This document shows positions 50,275 to 61,123 of a stretch of DNA of 64,000 nucleotides, in pieces. The stretch lies in NCBI GenBank assembly GCA_963754875.1, contig CAVWHO010000008.1, positions 64,001-128,000 on the forward strand, in the 5' to 3' direction. Numbering within the stretch: the stretch's first letter is position 1; each line of letters starts with the position of its first letter. Made by a program: the position numbers and the translations under genes. The notes under the pieces were generated by a model. That model was not told where the DNA came from, did no database searches, and worked only from the letters and a program-made list of their open reading frames with translations. This stretch comes from Nitrospirota bacterium. Lineage in GTDB: Bacteria > Nitrospirota > UBA9217.

Positions 50275-51596
50275 TTATTTTTTCACCGGCACGAGGATGC
50301 CGACGGTCCTGTTGTCCTCGGAGAAATACTCTTTCGCCACCCGCATCACGTCTTCTTTCGTCACCGCACGGATGTTGTCCACATAGCTCTCGAGCAGCTC
50401 GCCAGCTGGCCACTGATTCGAACTGGCCCAGGAGCATGGCCTGGTTGAAGATCGAGTCCTGGCCCATGATAAAGCTCGCCTCGATCTGGTTCTTGGCCTT
50501 CTGCAGTTCATCGTCGGTCACCGGCTCGTTCTTGAATTTATCGATCTCGGCGTATAAGGCCTTTTCGACCTCTTCGGTCGTCTTACCCGGCATCACGCCG
50601 GCATACACGTAGAACAGGTTCGGGTCCGTCGAAACATTGTCGTAATCGCCGCCGGCGTAGAGCGCCAGCTGCTTTTCGTACACCAGCGACTTGTAGAGTC
50701 GTGAGCTCTTTCCCGAGGAAAGGATGCCTTGCAGAACTTCGAGGGCATAGGAGTCGGGATGCTTCAGGGTCGGAACAATGTATCCCGCAAAGACCGCAGG
50801 CAGTTCGGCCTGTCTTTTCACAATGACCCGCCGCTCACCGAGATGCTTCGGCTCGACGGCGGTGACCTTCGGCACCTCCGGGCCGCGTGGTATCTTGCCG
50901 AAGGACCGCTCGATCTGAGCGAGCAGCTTGTCCGTGTCGAAATCACCCGACAACGACGATGGTCGCGTTGTTCGGCGCATAATAGGTACGGTAATGTTTA
51001 ACGAGGTCGTCGCGGGTGAAGTTGTTGATGTCCGCCATCCAGCCGATCACCGGCCACTGGTACGGATGGGCGCTGAATGCAACGGACATCATCTGTTCCA
51101 CCATGGCATTGACGGGATCGTCTTCAGTTCGCATCCGGCGCTCTTCCTTCACCACGTCTCGCTCGGACAGGAACTCCTTCGGGTCCAGCAGCAGGTTGTG
51201 CATACGGTCTGATTCGAGATCGAGCGATATCGCGATGCGGTCCGCGGCAAAGTTCTCGAAATAAGCCGTGTAATCATGGGACGTAAATGCATTGTCGTTC
51301 CCGCCGTTCCGCTGGACCGTCTGCGAGAAGGTCTTGGGGCCATACTTCTTCGTTCCCTTGAACATCATGTGTTCGAGCATGTGGGACAGCCCTGTTTTCC
51401 CGAGGCACTCGTTGCGCGATCCGACCTTGTACCAGATCTGGAACGTTACAACCGGGGCCTTGTGCTCTTCCTTGAGCAGTACCTTGAGCCCATTCGGAAG
51501 GACCCTTTCGGTGACGTTCATGGGCTGGGCAAAGGACGATGTTGTAAGGAAAATTGCAATGAGACAGACACCGGTGATTTTGAGTACCGTACGCAT
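50275..51596 (-). CDS. M16B zinc peptidase, catalytic subunit, exported (frameshifts near 50947 and 50400)
   Basis: Signal peptide, HMLEHMMFKGT, NAFTS, EERRMR, YYAPNNA; continues GDFD...SSRLY and ends NRTVGILVPVKK. Confidence 0.9.
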
Positions 51597-51651
51597 CAGG
51601 ACGCTCTCCGATTTTTTACTCGTTTGCTTTTTATATTCAGTATTCCACATT

Positions 51652-52107
51652 TCACTTTACTCCCGTATGTCCGAATCCGCCCGCACCCCGTGCGGTCTCG
51701 GATAGCTGCTCTACACTTTCAAACTTTGCCTTCGACAGCTTCGCAAAGACCAGTTGGGCGATGCGGTCTCCCCGCCGGACCGTGAAGGGCCTGTCGCTGA
51801 AATTGAAAAGGATGATGCCGACCTCACCCCGGTAATCCGCATCAATGGTCCCTGGGCCGTTCAGCATGCCGATACCGTGTTTCAGGGCCAGTCCGCTCCG
51901 GGGCCGTACCTGTCCCTCATACCCTTCGGGAATTGCAAGCGCAATCCCCGTGGGAACCAGCACCCACTTCCCCGCATCGATGACGATATCGCCTTCCACA
52001 GCCGCGTAGAGGTCCACGCCTGCGGCATGCTTGGTCTGGTAATGCGGGAGCGGAATTCCGTCGGCATTTTTCAGTTTGGTTATATGAACGACAAGATGGT
52101 CAGTCAT
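51652..52107 (-). CDS. dut: dUTP diphosphatase
   Basis: [38 protein letters not shown]. Confidence 0.97.
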   Translation of the reverse strand: MTDHLVVHITKLKNADGIPLPHYQTKHAAGVDLYAAVEGDIVIDAGKWVLVPTGIALAIPEGYEGQVRPRSGLALKHGIGMLNGPGTIDADYRGEVGIILFNFSDRPFTVRRGDRIAQLVFAKLSKAKFESVEQLSETARGAGGFGHTGVK

Positions 52108-52186
52108 GGCACCGATTCGCGGAGACGCTGCATACTGCAGACACACACGCGGGAAAATAAAATTTCGTTCCTCTTTTACGCGTACC

Positions 52187-53444
52187 CTACATTTCCAAGA
52201 CCGAGTCCGGTACATCGGCCTTGGACAGCGGGCCGAGGATCGTGAGGGATATATTGTCCTGGGTGAACAGTTTCTGCGCCAGTTGCTGCACCTGTTCTCC
52301 GGTCACCTGCTCCACTCCCTTGATAATATCGTCCATGGACAGATATTTCCCGAAGTAGATCTCCTGGCGCGCGATCCTGCTCATGTGACTGTTGCTGCTT
52401 TCGAGCGAAAGGATCAGGTTTCCCTTGATCTGGTTTTTCACGCGCTGCTCTTCAGCCGCAGTGATGCCTTCGGTTTTGATCTTTTTCAATTCCTTGATCA
52501 CGAGCCGGACCACCTCAACGGCATTTGAAGGGTCGGTCCCCGCGTAGATCGTGAAAAGCCCTGTATCGCGGTACGACGTTACGTAGGAGTAGATCGAGTA
52601 GGCGAGCCCGTTCTGTTCCCGCACTTCCTGGAACAGTCTTGAGCTCATACTGTAGCCGAGCACGGTATTGAGAGCCGAGATCACGTAACGGTCGTCATGC
52701 GTGTTCGGCAACCCTTTGCAGCCCATGCAGAGCTGAACTTGCTCGAGCTGTTTCTTCTTTACCAGGATCGCGCTGGTGAAGGCCGGTGCTTCCTCTTTTT
52801 TCGGGGTCGCTGCCCGTGACCAGTTTCCCGAATTGCCTGTTCAGGAGATCTATCAGTTGGGCGTGTTCGAAATTGCCAGCCACGGAAATAACAATCTCTT
52901 TCGGGCTGTAATAGCTGTCGATATAGGACAGGATGTCCCGGTGTTTCATCGCCTTGATGGTGTCCTTCGTGCCGAGGATCGGACGGCCGAGCGAATTATC
53001 GGGCCAGACCGTATTGGTGAAGAGCTCGTGCACGTAGTCGTCGGGTGCATCTTCCACGCCCTTGATCTCTTCGAGAATGACTTTGCGCTCTTTTTCCATC
53101 TCCGCGGGATCGAACTTCGATCCCAGCAGAATATCGGAAAGGATATCGATGGCCACGGGCAGGTGCTCGTCCACGACTTTAGCGTAGTAGGTGGTCGTCT
53201 CCTGTGACGTGAAGGCATTGTACTCCCCACCAAGGGAATCCATCTCGATCGCGATGTCCTTCGCGGTTCGTTTCTCCGTGCCTTTGAAGAACATATGCTC
53301 GATGAAATGCGAGACGCCGCCGATCTCCGGCGGCTCGTGCCGGGAGCCGACCTTGACCCATACGCCGATGGACACAGAGCGCGATTTCGGAAGGGTTTCG
53401 GACACGACCCGTATGCCGTTCGCAAGGGTATCTTTTCTGTACAT
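52187..53444 (-). CDS. Cytoplasmic M16 zinc peptidase (frameshift near 52820)
   Basis: [34 protein letters not shown]; second piece has [16 protein letters not shown]. Confidence 0.92.
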
Positions 53445-53462
53445 AGAACCGTCTTTCTTTTA

Positions 53463-53533
53463 ACCACAAAGGCACCAAGACACAAAGAATTTTTCTTATC
53501 TTCCTGTTATCGTCGTGACTTTGTGCCTTCGTA
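53463..53533. repeat. Inverted octamer tandem element
   Basis: CACAAAGG CACCAAGA CACAAAGA ... TCGTGACT TTGTGCCT TCGT. Confidence 0.7.
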
Positions 53534-53555
53534 ATAGGATACTATTTCAGCTTTA

Positions 53556-55676
53556 TTATTTTTCTTTCTGGTTGTGGTTCCCCTGATGTTGATGCTGCGC
53601 AGCCCGTTCCTGCGTGATTTTCTGGACGATGTGGCTCGGAACGTCCTCGTAGCCGAAAAATTCCATGGTATACATGCCTCTTCCGCTGGTGAGCGAATTG
53701 AGCGTCGGGGCATAGGAGAGCATCTCGGACATGGGCACCAGCGCCTTGATCGTCTGGCCGTTCGCCTGGGGGACCACTCCCTGGACCTTGCCTCGGCGGG
53801 AGTTCAAATCTCCGATCACCGCGCCGAGCGTATCATCGGGGGAAACGATTTCGACGCTCATGATCGGTTCCAGCAGCGCCGGTTTTGCTTCTGCTACGGC
53901 CTTTTTAAACGCCATGGACGCGGCGACCTTGAAGGCCATTTCCGAGGAATCCACGGCATGGTAGGAACCGTCATACAGCGAGACCCGGACGTCCACAATG
54001 GGATAGCCGGCAAGCGTGCCTTCGTGCAGCGCCTCGACCACGCCCTTCTCGACGGCCGGGATATATTGGCGCGGGACCACGCCACCCACGATGTTATCGA
54101 CGAATTCAAAACCGCTGCCGCGCGGGAGCGGTTCAATCTCGAGCCAGGCATCTCCGTATTGCCCGTGCCCGCCGGTCTGCTTCTTGTACTTGCCTTGCGC
54201 TTTCGCTTTTGCCCGGATCGTTTCCTTGTACGGCACCTTGGGCGTCTTCATCGTGACATCGGCGCCGAACTTTCGCTTGAGCTTCTCGAGCGTCACTTCG
54301 AGGTGGACCTGCCCCATGCCCGAGAGCACCATCTCCTTGGTCTGGTCGTCATAGGCGAACCTCAGCGTGGGATCTTCCTCAAGCAGTTTGTGGATGCCGG
54401 TGCTCACCTTGTCTTCGTCTCCCCGCGACTTGGGCGCTATGGCATAGGACATGACGGGGTCGGCGAACTTCGCAAACTCCATGACGATGGGTTGCTGTTC
54501 GGAGCACAGGGTATCTCCGGTGAGCGTTTCTTTGAGCTTTGCAACGGCGCCGATCTGGCCCGCGGCAAGGGTCTGCGTCGGGACCTGTTTCTTCCCCTGG
54601 ATATAAAAGAGTGAGCCGATTTTTTCCTTGATTTGTTTCGTTGAATTGAAAACCGTGGAATCCGTTTTGAGGGTGCCGGAAAACACGCGGACCATGGACA
54701 GTTTGCCTGCAAAAGGATCATTGATCGTTTTGAAGACCAAGGCGGTAAGCGGCTCCTCGGGCGTTGGCTTCCGCACCACTTCTTTGCCTGATTTCGGATC
54801 TATCCCCTTGATCTGCACGATCCGGGCGTGCTCTGCCGGCGAGGGGAGGCACATCAGGATCATGTCGAGGAGCGGCTTTATCCCCATGTTTTTGACGGGC
54901 GAACCACACAGAACCGGGAGAAGCCCCCCGCCGAGGGTTCCGTGCTTGAGCCCGGCGATGATGTCTTCCGAAGGGAGATCGCCTTTATCGAGATACTTTT
55001 CGAGCAGGCTGTCCTCGGTTTCGGCGATCTGCTCCACGAGCTTCTTTCGATAGGTCGCAACCTGCTCCTTCATGTTCGCAGGAATCTCTTTCTCCTCGAT
55101 CTTGCCGCTTCCGTCCTTGGCGAACATCAGTGCCTTCAGTTTAATGAGATCGACGACGCCGCTGAAATTTTCTTCCAACCCGATAGGGAGCTGCAGCACG
55201 AGAGCGTTCTTGCAGAAATACTTTTCCATGTCGCCGATGGCACGAAAGAAGTCGGCCCGTTCTTTGTCGAGCTTGCTCACAAAGGCAATACGCGGAACTT
55301 CGTAGTCGCAGGCGTATTTGTAGATTTTTTCGGTTTCGGCTTTCACGCCGGAGATGGCGGAAATGATGAGAACAGCGCCGTCGACGACGCGGAGCGTTCC
55401 CCTCGTCTCTTCGAGAAAATTAATATAGCCCGGGGTATCGACGAGATTGATGCGGACGCCCTGCCAATCGGCGAAGCCGATGGCTGAGGTAATGGTGATC
55501 TTCCGGGAAATCTCCTCGGGCTCGTGCATAAACACGGAGCTCCCCGTGTCGACACTGCCGAGGAGATCAACGGAGCCGGCCGAATACAGGATGGCATCGG
55601 CGAGTGAGGTTTTCCCGGCTGCGCCATGAGAGAGGATCGCTACGTTGCGGACTTCCTTGACATCAGCATTCGGCAT
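53556..55676 (-). CDS. Elongation factor G paralogue (EF-G2-like)
   Basis: Full five-domain EF-G with EEDPT, SGMGQVHL, KKQTGGHGQY, DGSYHAVDSSEMAF; divergent G1 (SHGAAGKTS); outside the str operon. Confidence 0.92.
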   Translation of the reverse strand: MPNADVKEVRNVAILSHGAAGKTSLADAILYSAGSVDLLGSVDTGSSVFMHEPEEISRKITITSAIGFADWQGVRINLVDTPGYINFLEETRGTLRVVDGAVLIISAISGVKAETEKIYKYACDYEVPRIAFVSKLDKERADFFRAIGDMEKYFCKNALVLQLPIGLEENFSGVVDLIKLKALMFAKDGSGKIEEKEIPANMKEQVATYRKKLVEQIAETEDSLLEKYLDKGDLPSEDIIAGLKHGTLGGGLLPVLCGSPVKNMGIKPLLDMILMCLPSPAEHARIVQIKGIDPKSGKEVVRKPTPEEPLTALVFKTINDPFAGKLSMVRVFSGTLKTDSTVFNSTKQIKEKIGSLFYIQGKKQVPTQTLAAGQIGAVAKLKETLTGDTLCSEQQPIVMEFAKFADPVMSYAIAPKSRGDEDKVSTGIHKLLEEDPTLRFAYDDQTKEMVLSGMGQVHLEVTLEKLKRKFGADVTMKTPKVPYKETIRAKAKAQGKYKKQTGGHGQYGDAWLEIEPLPRGSGFEFVDNIVGGVVPRQYIPAVEKGVVEALHEGTLAGYPIVDVRVSLYDGSYHAVDSSEMAFKVAASMAFKKAVAEAKPALLEPIMSVEIVSPDDTLGAVIGDLNSRRGKVQGVVPQANGQTIKALVPMSEMLSYAPTLNSLTSGRGMYTMEFFGYEDVPSHIVQKITQERAAQHQHQGNHNQKEK

Positions 55677-55750
55677 AGACAACTCCTTCCGGTGACGAGA
55701 TTATGGTTCAGAAAGGCTCGGGCGCCCGGCTGTATTCCTCTGAAGCGGGT

Positions 55751-56017
55751 TTACCAGATTTCAGACTTTATCTTGCCCCCCTGTTTGATCAGGACATCCA
55801 CGACCGCCTCGTTGAAAAAATTGTTTGCTTGGCGAATTTCCTCGTCCACCATGCTTTCGTAGTACTTCTTTCCTTCGGCAAGTTCTTCGGTCAGGACGTC
55901 GAAAAGGCTGTCCTTCTCAATTCCCTCCTTGACCTTGGCCTGGTTATAGAGAAGAATATCGGAAAGAATCGTCCTCGCGAGCCTTCGCGCCTCATCAGGA
56001 TTCTTGATCAATCTCAT
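55751..56017 (-). CDS. Small helical hypothetical protein (88 aa)
   Basis: ARRLARTILSDILLYN motif; co-oriented within the operon. Confidence 0.8.
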   Translation of the reverse strand: MRLIKNPDEARRLARTILSDILLYNQAKVKEGIEKDSLFDVLTEELAEGKKYYESMVDEEIRQANNFFNEAVVDVLIKQGGKIKSEIW

Positions 56018-56040
56018 AGAAAAGCCCTACCACGGGATGC

Positions 56041-56478
56041 TCATTCCTTCGGGGAAAGAATTTCGACGATCATCGGTTTGTACGTCTGCGTTTTTTCGAC
56101 TTTATTATTATACACGCGTATAAAGAAAAAAGAAACGACCATGCAGATCATGCCTGCTATAAATGCCCAGAGGTCCGAATTGGGCTCCCCTGCATATCGC
56201 ATAGCAATATTTTTTGCGATAATGGCTCCGCCAACGAGCGCAGCCATTGGAATGCCGTACAGGATGATGGAAGCTTTCAAGTAGACCTGCGGCGCCACGA
56301 CGACTTTGACCTTCTGCCCTTTTTTTGCGCCCAGCGGGTTAGAAGCTTCCATGTATTCCTTGTCGTCGGGATGGCACACGCCGGCGGCAGCACACTGCTC
56401 GCAGCCGCTCTTTCTGACGATTGCAACCTTTGCAACGTCTCCTTCTATTTCGGCTACGATTCCTTCTTCTTCGATCAT
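56041..56478 (-). CDS. RseC/MucC family protein
   Basis: MIEEEGIV, CEQCAAAGVC, GAKKGQKV, YGIP plus two TMs. Confidence 0.88.
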   Translation of the reverse strand: MIEEEGIVAEIEGDVAKVAIVRKSGCEQCAAAGVCHPDDKEYMEASNPLGAKKGQKVKVVVAPQVYLKASIILYGIPMAALVGGAIIAKNIAMRYAGEPNSDLWAFIAGMICMVVSFFFIRVYNNKVEKTQTYKPMIVEILSPKE

Positions 56479-56497
56479 GATATCACCCTACGCAGCG

Positions 56498-56558
56498 AGC
56501 ATGGAGCCAGACGCATAGCGTTGATCTTTTCTATGCCCTGCACACTTTGCCCTCTGCC
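56498..56558. repeat. Inverted heptamer tandem element
   Basis: AGCATGG AGCCAGA CGCATAG ... CTATGCC CTGCACA CTTTGCC CTCTGCC. Confidence 0.6.
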
Positions 56559-56560
56559 TC

Positions 56561-58153
56561 TTATTGTTTTTTCTTCGTTCTGAGGAGCTTATACTCGATA
56601 CTATCCACCAGCCCCTGCCAACTCGCCTCGATCACGTTCTCCGACACGCCGACGGTGCCCCACTTGTTCTTGCCGTCCCCGGATTCGATCAGCACGCGTA
56701 CTTTTGCCGCCGTTCCTTCGGCGGCCGTAAGCACCCGCACCTTGTAGTCAAGCAACCGTACGTTTTCCAGCCCCCTGCCCGGGAAATACTTGGGCAACAC
56801 TTTGCGGAGCGCCTTGTCCAGTGCGTTCACCGGGCCGTTGCCCCACGCAGCCGTATGTTCGACATTGCCGCCGACCTCAACCGTCACCGTGGCTTCGCTT
56901 ACCGGGTGGGGATCGACTTTTCGCTTCTCCGTCAGGATGCGGTAGTCAATCCGGTCAAACATGCTGAAGACCGATTCATAATTGTGTCCCGCCCGAAGCA
57001 TCAGGAGTTCAAGAGATCCTTCGGCGCCCTCGAACTCGAATCCTTCGTTCTCAAGTTCTTTGACCTTCTTCAGGATCTCGGCCAGCTGAGGGCTGTCTTT
57101 CCTGAGGGGGATGCCCAGCTCTGCCGCTTTCTGGAGGATATTGCTCTTTCCCGCCATATCAGAGACAAGGATACGGCGCCTGTTCCCGACAACTTCGGGG
57201 TTGATGTGCTCGTAAGTGAGCGAATTCTTCGCCATTGCATCGACATGGATGCCGGCCTTGTGCGCAAACGCGCTGTCACCGATATAGGGCTGCCGCTTTC
57301 GGTGCGGCAGGTTCGCGATTTCATCCACATACCGGGACAGGTCGCGCAGCCTGGCCAGGCTGGCGTCGGTCACGCAGTCAATCCCCAGTTTCAGCTTGAA
57401 TGTGGGAATGAGTGTGCAGAGATTGGCATTGCCGCAGCGTTCCCCGTACCCGTTGATCGTACCGTGCACCTGCACCGCTCCCATCCTTACCGCTGCCACG
57501 GAATTGGCCACGGCCAGTTCGGCGTCGTTGTGCGCATGGATCCCGAAGGGCGTCGCTATAACCCGCTTCACCTGCGTGATGATTTCCTCGACCTCGTGCG
57601 GCATCGTGCCTCCGTTCGTGTCACACAGCACGATGCAGTCGGCACCCGCGGCCTCGGCAGCAAGGATCGTCTGGAGAGCGTAATCGGGGTTTGCCTTGAA
57701 CCCGTCGAAAAAGTGCTCGGCATCGTACACCACTTCGTCCAGGCGCTTTCGCAGGAACGACACGGACTCCTCGATCATTTCGAGGTTCTCGTCCAGCGTG
57801 GTCCTGAGCGCTTTGAGCACGTGCAGGTCCCAAGTCTTCCCGAAGATGGTGGCAACGCGCGCGCCGGAGGTCACGAGGGCTTTCAGGCTCGAATCCTCTG
57901 TTACCCTGAGTTTCGCCTTCCGGGTCGAGCCGAAGGCCGCGAGACGCGCCTTCTTCAGCTTGACGCGCTTCATCTCCCGGAAAAACTCCACATCGCGCGG
58001 ATTCGAACCGGGCCATCCGCCTTCGATATAGTGAACGCCGAACTGGTCCAGTTTGCGCGCAACGCGGATCTTATCTTCGACCGAAAAATTGATATCCTCG
58101 GCCTGGGCCCCGTCGCGGAGCGTTGTATCATAGAGTTGTACGATAGGTTTCAT
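56561..58153 (-). CDS. cimA: Citramalate synthase
   Basis: YDTTLRDGAQ, IEGGWPGSNP, YDAEHFFDG, HAHND, GERCGN, AFAHKAGIH, WGTVGVSENVIEASW. Confidence 0.95.
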   Translation of the reverse strand: MKPIVQLYDTTLRDGAQAEDINFSVEDKIRVARKLDQFGVHYIEGGWPGSNPRDVEFFREMKRVKLKKARLAAFGSTRKAKLRVTEDSSLKALVTSGARVATIFGKTWDLHVLKALRTTLDENLEMIEESVSFLRKRLDEVVYDAEHFFDGFKANPDYALQTILAAEAAGADCIVLCDTNGGTMPHEVEEIITQVKRVIATPFGIHAHNDAELAVANSVAAVRMGAVQVHGTINGYGERCGNANLCTLIPTFKLKLGIDCVTDASLARLRDLSRYVDEIANLPHRKRQPYIGDSAFAHKAGIHVDAMAKNSLTYEHINPEVVGNRRRILVSDMAGKSNILQKAAELGIPLRKDSPQLAEILKKVKELENEGFEFEGAEGSLELLMLRAGHNYESVFSMFDRIDYRILTEKRKVDPHPVSEATVTVEVGGNVEHTAAWGNGPVNALDKALRKVLPKYFPGRGLENVRLLDYKVRVLTAAEGTAAKVRVLIESGDGKNKWGTVGVSENVIEASWQGLVDSIEYKLLRTKKKQ

Positions 58154-58190
58154 GGCTGGTTGCTCTTCCTTGGACCCTTGCCCCTGCTTC

Positions 58191-59411
58191 CTACGCCGCC
58201 TTATCCATCTCAAAAGCATCATGCAACACCCTGACTGCAAGTTCCGTGTACTTGGCATCGATCACGCAGGAGATCTTGATCTCCGACGTGCTGATCATCA
58301 TGATATTGATCCCTTCTTTTGCCAGGGCCGAGAACATTTGCGCCGCCACGCCGGAGTGCGAGCGCATCCCTACGCCAACGATTGAGATCTTGGCAATGTC
58401 TTCCTTGATGCTGACACTTTTCGCGCCGATCTCGGCAATGACCTTCTTCATGACCTCCTGGATTTTTTTTGCGTCGGTCCTGGGCACGGTAAAGGACATG
58501 TCCGTCAGCCCGCCCTCGCCGATATTCTGGATGATCATGTCAACGACAACGTTGTTGTCGGAAATCGTATTGAAGATCTTCGCCGCCACCCCCGGCTTGT
58601 CCGGCACGCCCTGGACCGTCACTTTCACCTGATTTTTGTCGTACGCCACGCCGGACACCACTACTTTTTCCATGTCTGCATCCTCCTTGGTCACCAGGGT
58701 CCCCGGGTTGTCGTTGAAACTTGAGAGCACCCGTACCGGAACGTTGTATTTCTTCGCGAATTCGACGGAACGTGTCTGGAGCACTTTGGCCCCGAGGCTC
58801 GCCAGCTCAAGCATCTCGTCGTAGGAAATTTTGTCGAGTTTCCTTGCCTGCGGAACCATGTTCGGGTCCGTGGTATACACACCGTCGACATCGGTATAGA
58901 TGTCGCACACGTCGGCCTTGAGCGCGGCGGCAACGGCAACGGCCGAAAGGTCCGATCCACCCCGTCCCAGCGTTGTTACGTCATCCGATTTTTCCGTGAT
59001 CCCCTGGAAACCGGCGACAACGGCGATTTTGCCTTCTTTGAGCGCGTGCCTCAGCCGTTCTCCCGTGATCTTCTCGATCCGCGCCTTGGTATGCACGTTG
59101 TCTGAAATGATGCCAGCCTGCCTGCCGGTAAACGATTGGGCCTTGTGTCCGGACGCCTGGATCGCCATTGCCAGCAGTGCGATGGTCACGCGTTCTCCCG
59201 TAGACACCAGCATGTCCATTTCCCGGGGGTCCGGATTCTCGCTCACCTGATTTGCCAGGTTGATAAGCTTGTCCGTCTCGCCGCTCATGGCCGAGACGAC
59301 CACTACGACATCGTGTCCTTCATCCTTGGCGCGGCACACGCGCTTCGCCACGTTCTTGATCCGCTCGGGATTTCCTACGGACGTGCCGCCGTATTTCTGA
59401 ACTATGAGCAC
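58191..59411 (-). CDS. lysC: Aspartate kinase
   Basis: [29 protein letters not shown], two ACT domains, STSEIKIS. Confidence 0.97.
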   Translation of the reverse strand: MLIVQKYGGTSVGNPERIKNVAKRVCRAKDEGHDVVVVVSAMSGETDKLINLANQVSENPDPREMDMLVSTGERVTIALLAMAIQASGHKAQSFTGRQAGIISDNVHTKARIEKITGERLRHALKEGKIAVVAGFQGITEKSDDVTTLGRGGSDLSAVAVAAALKADVCDIYTDVDGVYTTDPNMVPQARKLDKISYDEMLELASLGAKVLQTRSVEFAKKYNVPVRVLSSFNDNPGTLVTKEDADMEKVVVSGVAYDKNQVKVTVQGVPDKPGVAAKIFNTISDNNVVVDMIIQNIGEGGLTDMSFTVPRTDAKKIQEVMKKVIAEIGAKSVSIKEDIAKISIVGVGMRSHSGVAAQMFSALAKEGINIMMISTSEIKISCVIDAKYTELAVRVLHDAFEMDKAA

Positions 59412-59437
59412 CTATGCTCCTCCCCTGAAAGAAACGT

Positions 59438-59523
59438 TGCCACAGAGGCAAAGAAGGCACGGAGAAACCCTGAGCCGGCTTTCGATCGCTTCGCCTCCTC
59501 TGCGACTCCGCTTCTCCGTGGCA
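59438..59523. repeat. Inverted octamer tandem element
   Basis: TGCCACAGAGGCAAAGAAGGCACGGAGA ... CTCTGCGACTCCGCTTCTCCGTGGCA, with complementary outer ends. Confidence 0.7.
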
Positions 59524-59526
59524 GAT

Positions 59527-60754
59527 TTATTCCTTTTTCAAAAAATAATCCATCAAGGTATATCCCTCTTTGAATATCAGGGCATCCTTTCTGTCAGCAA
59601 TTCCTTCGTCGTACGTCACCGCGTCCCCAATGCGTTCCTTCGCATTGTCATAAATGACGAAGGGCACAGGTTCGTTCGAATGGGTCCGGAGCTCAATCGG
59701 CGTAGGATGGTCCGGGAGCGCCAGAATGCGATATTCATCGAACTGTTTCATTCCATGGATGATGTTCCCGACGATGAATTCATCAAAATCCTCGATCGCC
59801 TTGATCTTGTTTTTCAGATCGCCCGAGTGGCCGGCTTCATCGGGGGCCTCAACGTGAACATAAACGATGTCCTTCGTTTTCAGCGCCCAGAGCGCGTGTT
59901 CGGCCTTACCCACGTAATTCGTGTCCAGCCAGCCCGTGGCCCCCGGCACGTTGATCACTTCGAACCCCGCATACTTGCCGATTCCCTTTGTGAGATCTAC
60001 GGCGGAAATCATGGCCCCCTCAATACCGTACTTTTCCTTGAAGGTCGGCATATTCGGACGCCGGCCCTGGCCCCAGAGCCAGATACTGTTCGCAGCACGT
60101 TTGCCGCTCTCCAGTCTCGCCTTATTCACCGGATGAGCAAGGAGCAAGTCGATTGATGCCTCCATAAGCGAGTTAAGAATATCGTCTCCCTCTCCACACG
60201 GGAGGTAGTCCTGGATGTCCTTGTCCTGGATGTCGTGCGGCGGCGTGCACTCGACCTTGTCCTTCCCGCCTTTCCAGACCATCAGGTGACGATAGCTCAC
60301 CCCGGGATAAAAACGGATGTGGTCTGTGCCGAGTTTGCTGTCGATTTCTTCAATAAGCAAACGTGCTTCCTGCGTCGAAATGTGGCCGGCGCTGAAGTCT
60401 TCCATGATTGCCTTCCGGCCCGAACCCGAAGACTTGCCGCCGGTAACACGGAGGGTCACGAGATTGCAGCGGAACGCGACATCATTTGGCCCCAGTTCAA
60501 CGCCGATACTGGACGCCTCAAGCGGCGAGCGGCCCGTATAGTACTTTCCGGGGGTCATATCCCATGACGGAAAGGTTGGCCACGTCGCTGCCGGGCGAAA
60601 ACCCAGGAGGTATCGTATACACCATGCCCACCTGACCGCTCGTTGCAAGCTGATTCAGGTTTGGTGTGTTCGCGACCTGCAGGCATGTTTTGCCACCCAG
60701 TTCCTTATGAGGCCGGTCAGCCATTCCATCGCCGAGTAAAATGATGTATTTCAT
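59527..60754 (-). CDS. apgM: Cofactor-independent phosphoglycerate mutase, ApgM family (frameshift near 60550)
   Basis: [55 protein letters not shown]. Confidence 0.9.
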
Positions 60755-60832
60755 AAATGTACAGAAGAACGAGGGCACAGGAATCTGCGACAAAATATCG
60801 GGTTGCCTAACCCCTTGTCACTTGACCACTGA

Positions 60833-61075
60833 TTACGAACTACTACCTTCTCCCTCAATTGCTTCAATTTTAACCCCACGCTCCTTGAGATAGGCGATAC
60901 TGTCCTCGAGTTTCTTTTCCGTGCCTTCAAGTTCCAGCACGACTTCGCCCACGTTTTCGGTAACTTTGGCGCGCCGGATATTCGGCATGACATCGAACTT
61001 CCTCGCCATGGTGAAGATCACGGGCTCCTTGATCAGGTCCTGGGGAAATGTCAGTTTAATCCTCTTCGTTGCCAT
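60833..61075 (-). CDS. Stand-alone NIL-domain protein
   Basis: LTFP....EPVI......FDV.PNIRRA.V...GEVVLELEG; GGAGG RBS. Confidence 0.88.
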   Translation of the reverse strand: MATKRIKLTFPQDLIKEPVIFTMARKFDVMPNIRRAKVTENVGEVVLELEGTEKKLEDSIAYLKERGVKIEAIEGEGSSS

Positions 61076-61123
61076 ATCGCCTCCGTCGTAAAAAAGGGAA
61101 AACGCCAAATCAGAAAAATGACG

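Noticed and set aside
57999..58012. GGTTCGAATCC tRNA T-loop-like motif on the minus strand
   Set aside because: It encodes the conserved WPGSNP of CimA and has no cloverleaf around it.
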